DNA of 64,000 bases from Emiliania huxleyi CCMP1516. Taxonomy: Eukaryota. Shown piece after piece: positions 61,988 to 64,000 of this stretch. The notes below the pieces were generated by a model that did no database searches, was not told where the DNA came from, and saw only the letters and a program-made list of their open reading frames with translations. The position numbers and the translations under genes are program-made. The stretch spans positions 159,015-223,014 of the forward strand of contig NW_005201259.1 in NCBI RefSeq assembly GCF_000372725.1, written 5' to 3'. Every line of letters starts with the position of its first letter. Position 1 is the stretch's first letter.

Positions 61988-62565
61988 ACCGGAGGCAGCC
62001 TGAAGGAGTGAATGGCGACGGACTGTGTACCTTGTGGGCCACTTGGAGTACTTTTTTTCGAGGCGGTTTCTTTTGACTTTCGAACTTTTAGCTTACTGGG
62101 AGAGAAAACTGAGGGAGAGGGAGGCGGCAGGCGCGCTTTCTAGGCCCCTTGGGCAGACCCTTTTAAGGCCGACTGCACGCTAAAGGCTACACGCTCGCAC
62201 ACCACTTGCTGAGTGGCTCTCCCAGGCGCTCAGCCCATGGCGGAGGCACGCCAGGCCCCGGGGAGTCGGCCGTCACTCGCCTAAGCGCCTAAGCGGCCTA
62301 AGCGGGGGGGTGCTTAGGGTGCTTAGGCGCTTAGGCGGCCCTTGCGAGCGTGGCGGCGTGGTGATATCGTAATACAGGTGACTCCGATGACACTCATGAT
62401 GCTCCTGCTAGTGTCATCGCTCAGAGTGCAGCCTCACCACGTCCACTGTCTACCACTGGCCCTGCCCCTGGTCGGCGCACACTGCCGCTGAGCAGCGCTG
62501 GTGCGGCTACTCAGCATCAGCCTCGTCACACGCCTCCGCCAGCGCCGTGAATTCCTTATCCAGTT

Positions 62566-63120
62566 CTAATACTCTTGTATCGCTGCCTTGACCGTGTCCG
62601 CACCTGCATGGTCCAGCAAGTCGCCGTGAAAAAACCAAGCGACAGAATGGAAGCCACGGTCGTCGGGACCTGCCGAACCAGAGACGAGGTACTCCAAGCG
62701 GTCGTCGTCTTCATCGACAGGGTTCCTCAGCGCCACCGCAGTCATCTGGCTCGGATCGCAGTAACGCACGCCGAGCACCTCTTCAATTTCCAGCAAGTCT
62801 GCGTCCATGGACCCGGCAACCTTGTCGCTGGCGAGTGGTGGCAGATGACCGACATCCCACAGCACCAGCAGCAAAGGCGGGCGGGCCGACCCCGCGGCCA
62901 TCGCCGCCGCTGCCGCCTCCCCCTCCGCCGCCGACCCCTCCGCCGTCGCCGTCACCTTGGGCTGCATCACCCGCGCCGCGTCGCGCACCGGCTCGTGCTC
63001 ATTCAAAGGCGCCTCGAGTTGCAGGCCAGCGGCACTGGCGTTGTCGTGGTCGGGCTGCCCAACGTCGGCGCAGGAGGGAGGGGGCAAAGCCGTTATGAAG
63101 AGCGCGAGTGCGAGCGCCAA
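62566..63120 (-). CDS. ORF fragment ending in a degenerate chromodomain-like segment
   Basis: LEIEEVLGVR...RLEYLV...AWF..DL...VKAAIQEY follows chromodomain spacing. Confidence 0.4.
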   Translation of the reverse strand: MALALALFITALPPPSCADVGQPDHDNASAAGLQLEAPLNEHEPVRDAARVMQPKVTATAEGSAAEGEAAAAAMAAGSARPPLLLVLWDVGHLPPLASDKVAGSMDADLLEIEEVLGVRYCDPSQMTAVALRNPVDEDDDRLEYLVSGSAGPDDRGFHSVAWFFHGDLLDHAGADTVKAAIQEY

Positions 63121-64000
63121 GAGGGCCCAGATTCTGAGCAGCAGCCGGCCTGGTCATGCGACCACTTGCCGACGTGCGTCCAGCATTCCACTATAGGACG
63201 AACGTCGAAGTTTCCGACGTCGTGCCGAGCGAAACCTTTTCCTGCAGTCCTAGAGAGCACCTTGAGGCCATTCAATAGAGCCCGTACTATAGTCGAGGGT
63301 CGATCGCCGGCCGGCGCAGTGCTGCTCTGACTGCTCCGCCGGGCCGCCTCCGGGCTGCCGCCGCGGAGACGTGCACATAGGCAAGTTGGTATTTTCATAT
63401 ATGAACTTCAAAATAGTATTGGCTAGTCTAATTCTACTCATCACAACTCGCCAGGAACACCCCCACACTATAGGGTCATTGTGTAGCCCTGCTTAGAAGG
63501 AAAAGGTTTTGTGCAAGGTCCGTATGGCTCACCGTGTAGTCGGCCTTAACAAAAAAATCTTACGCGCGCACAAACGTTTGTCGTTTCACCTTCGGCCCAT
63601 GGCAGAGCCAGAGGAAGGATCCCCCACGCCCACCAGCCCGCCAGATTTGGACGCTGCGGAACTTGACGACGGCGTTGTCACAAACACGCCACCGCCCGAT
63701 TTGTTGGCTCCTCTCCACGTCGAGACGGACGCCTGTGATGCGAACGACTGTGATGACGAGGTGCTCTCTCCATGCAGCAAAGATGGCGCGCCACCCGTGC
63801 CAGGAGAGCTGGAAGGGGAGGAAAGCATGCGCTCAGCAGCTGCCGCGACAGTCATTGCGGCGGCGCGTCGAGGTCAGCTGTCGAGGCGAGGCGAGGCCGC
63901 CTCCTCGCCTGAGCCGGGTGCGAGTGAAGAGTTGGGCGGAGCACACGAGGTTGAAGTCGCGGAGGCTGATCTGCTGGAGACGAGCGAAGTGAGTGGCAAC

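Noticed and set aside
62278..62337. cctaagcg/cgcttagg palindromic cluster as another motif-array element
   Set aside because: Termini could not be defined; too short to call.

Overview
Eukaryotic, GC-rich, intron-containing genomic DNA. Many GC-AG introns, Pro-rich surface proteins and the gene families present point to a haptophyte, most likely Emiliania/Gephyrocapsa huxleyi (inference). Recognisable genes: HIBCH, a cyclodeaminase/cyclohydrolase (FTCD_C) protein, MRPL47, SmF, a PsbQ-like lumen protein, a family-16 methyltransferase, an ER EF-hand protein, TAF6 (split by assembly gaps), CSN6, an XEG113-like GT77, a GT64+sulfotransferase fusion next to an O-fucosyltransferase-like gene, a HET-like/LRR gene and two Pro-rich surface proteins. 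Intergenic DNA is dense with non-autonomous DNA transposons. Main observations: (1) two head-to-tail Helentron-like cassettes (26.4-31.8 kb) with shared ends but unrelated cargo, one an intact ORF of about 590 aa; (2) a second family at 0-3.9 kb seen both empty and loaded with a spliced KOW/Zn-finger gene; (3) a group of CTGAG...CTCAG elements, two with 8-bp TSDs, each carrying its own short subterminal motif. No transposase, rRNA, tRNA or CRISPR array was recognised. All homology calls are from motif recognition by eye, not searches.
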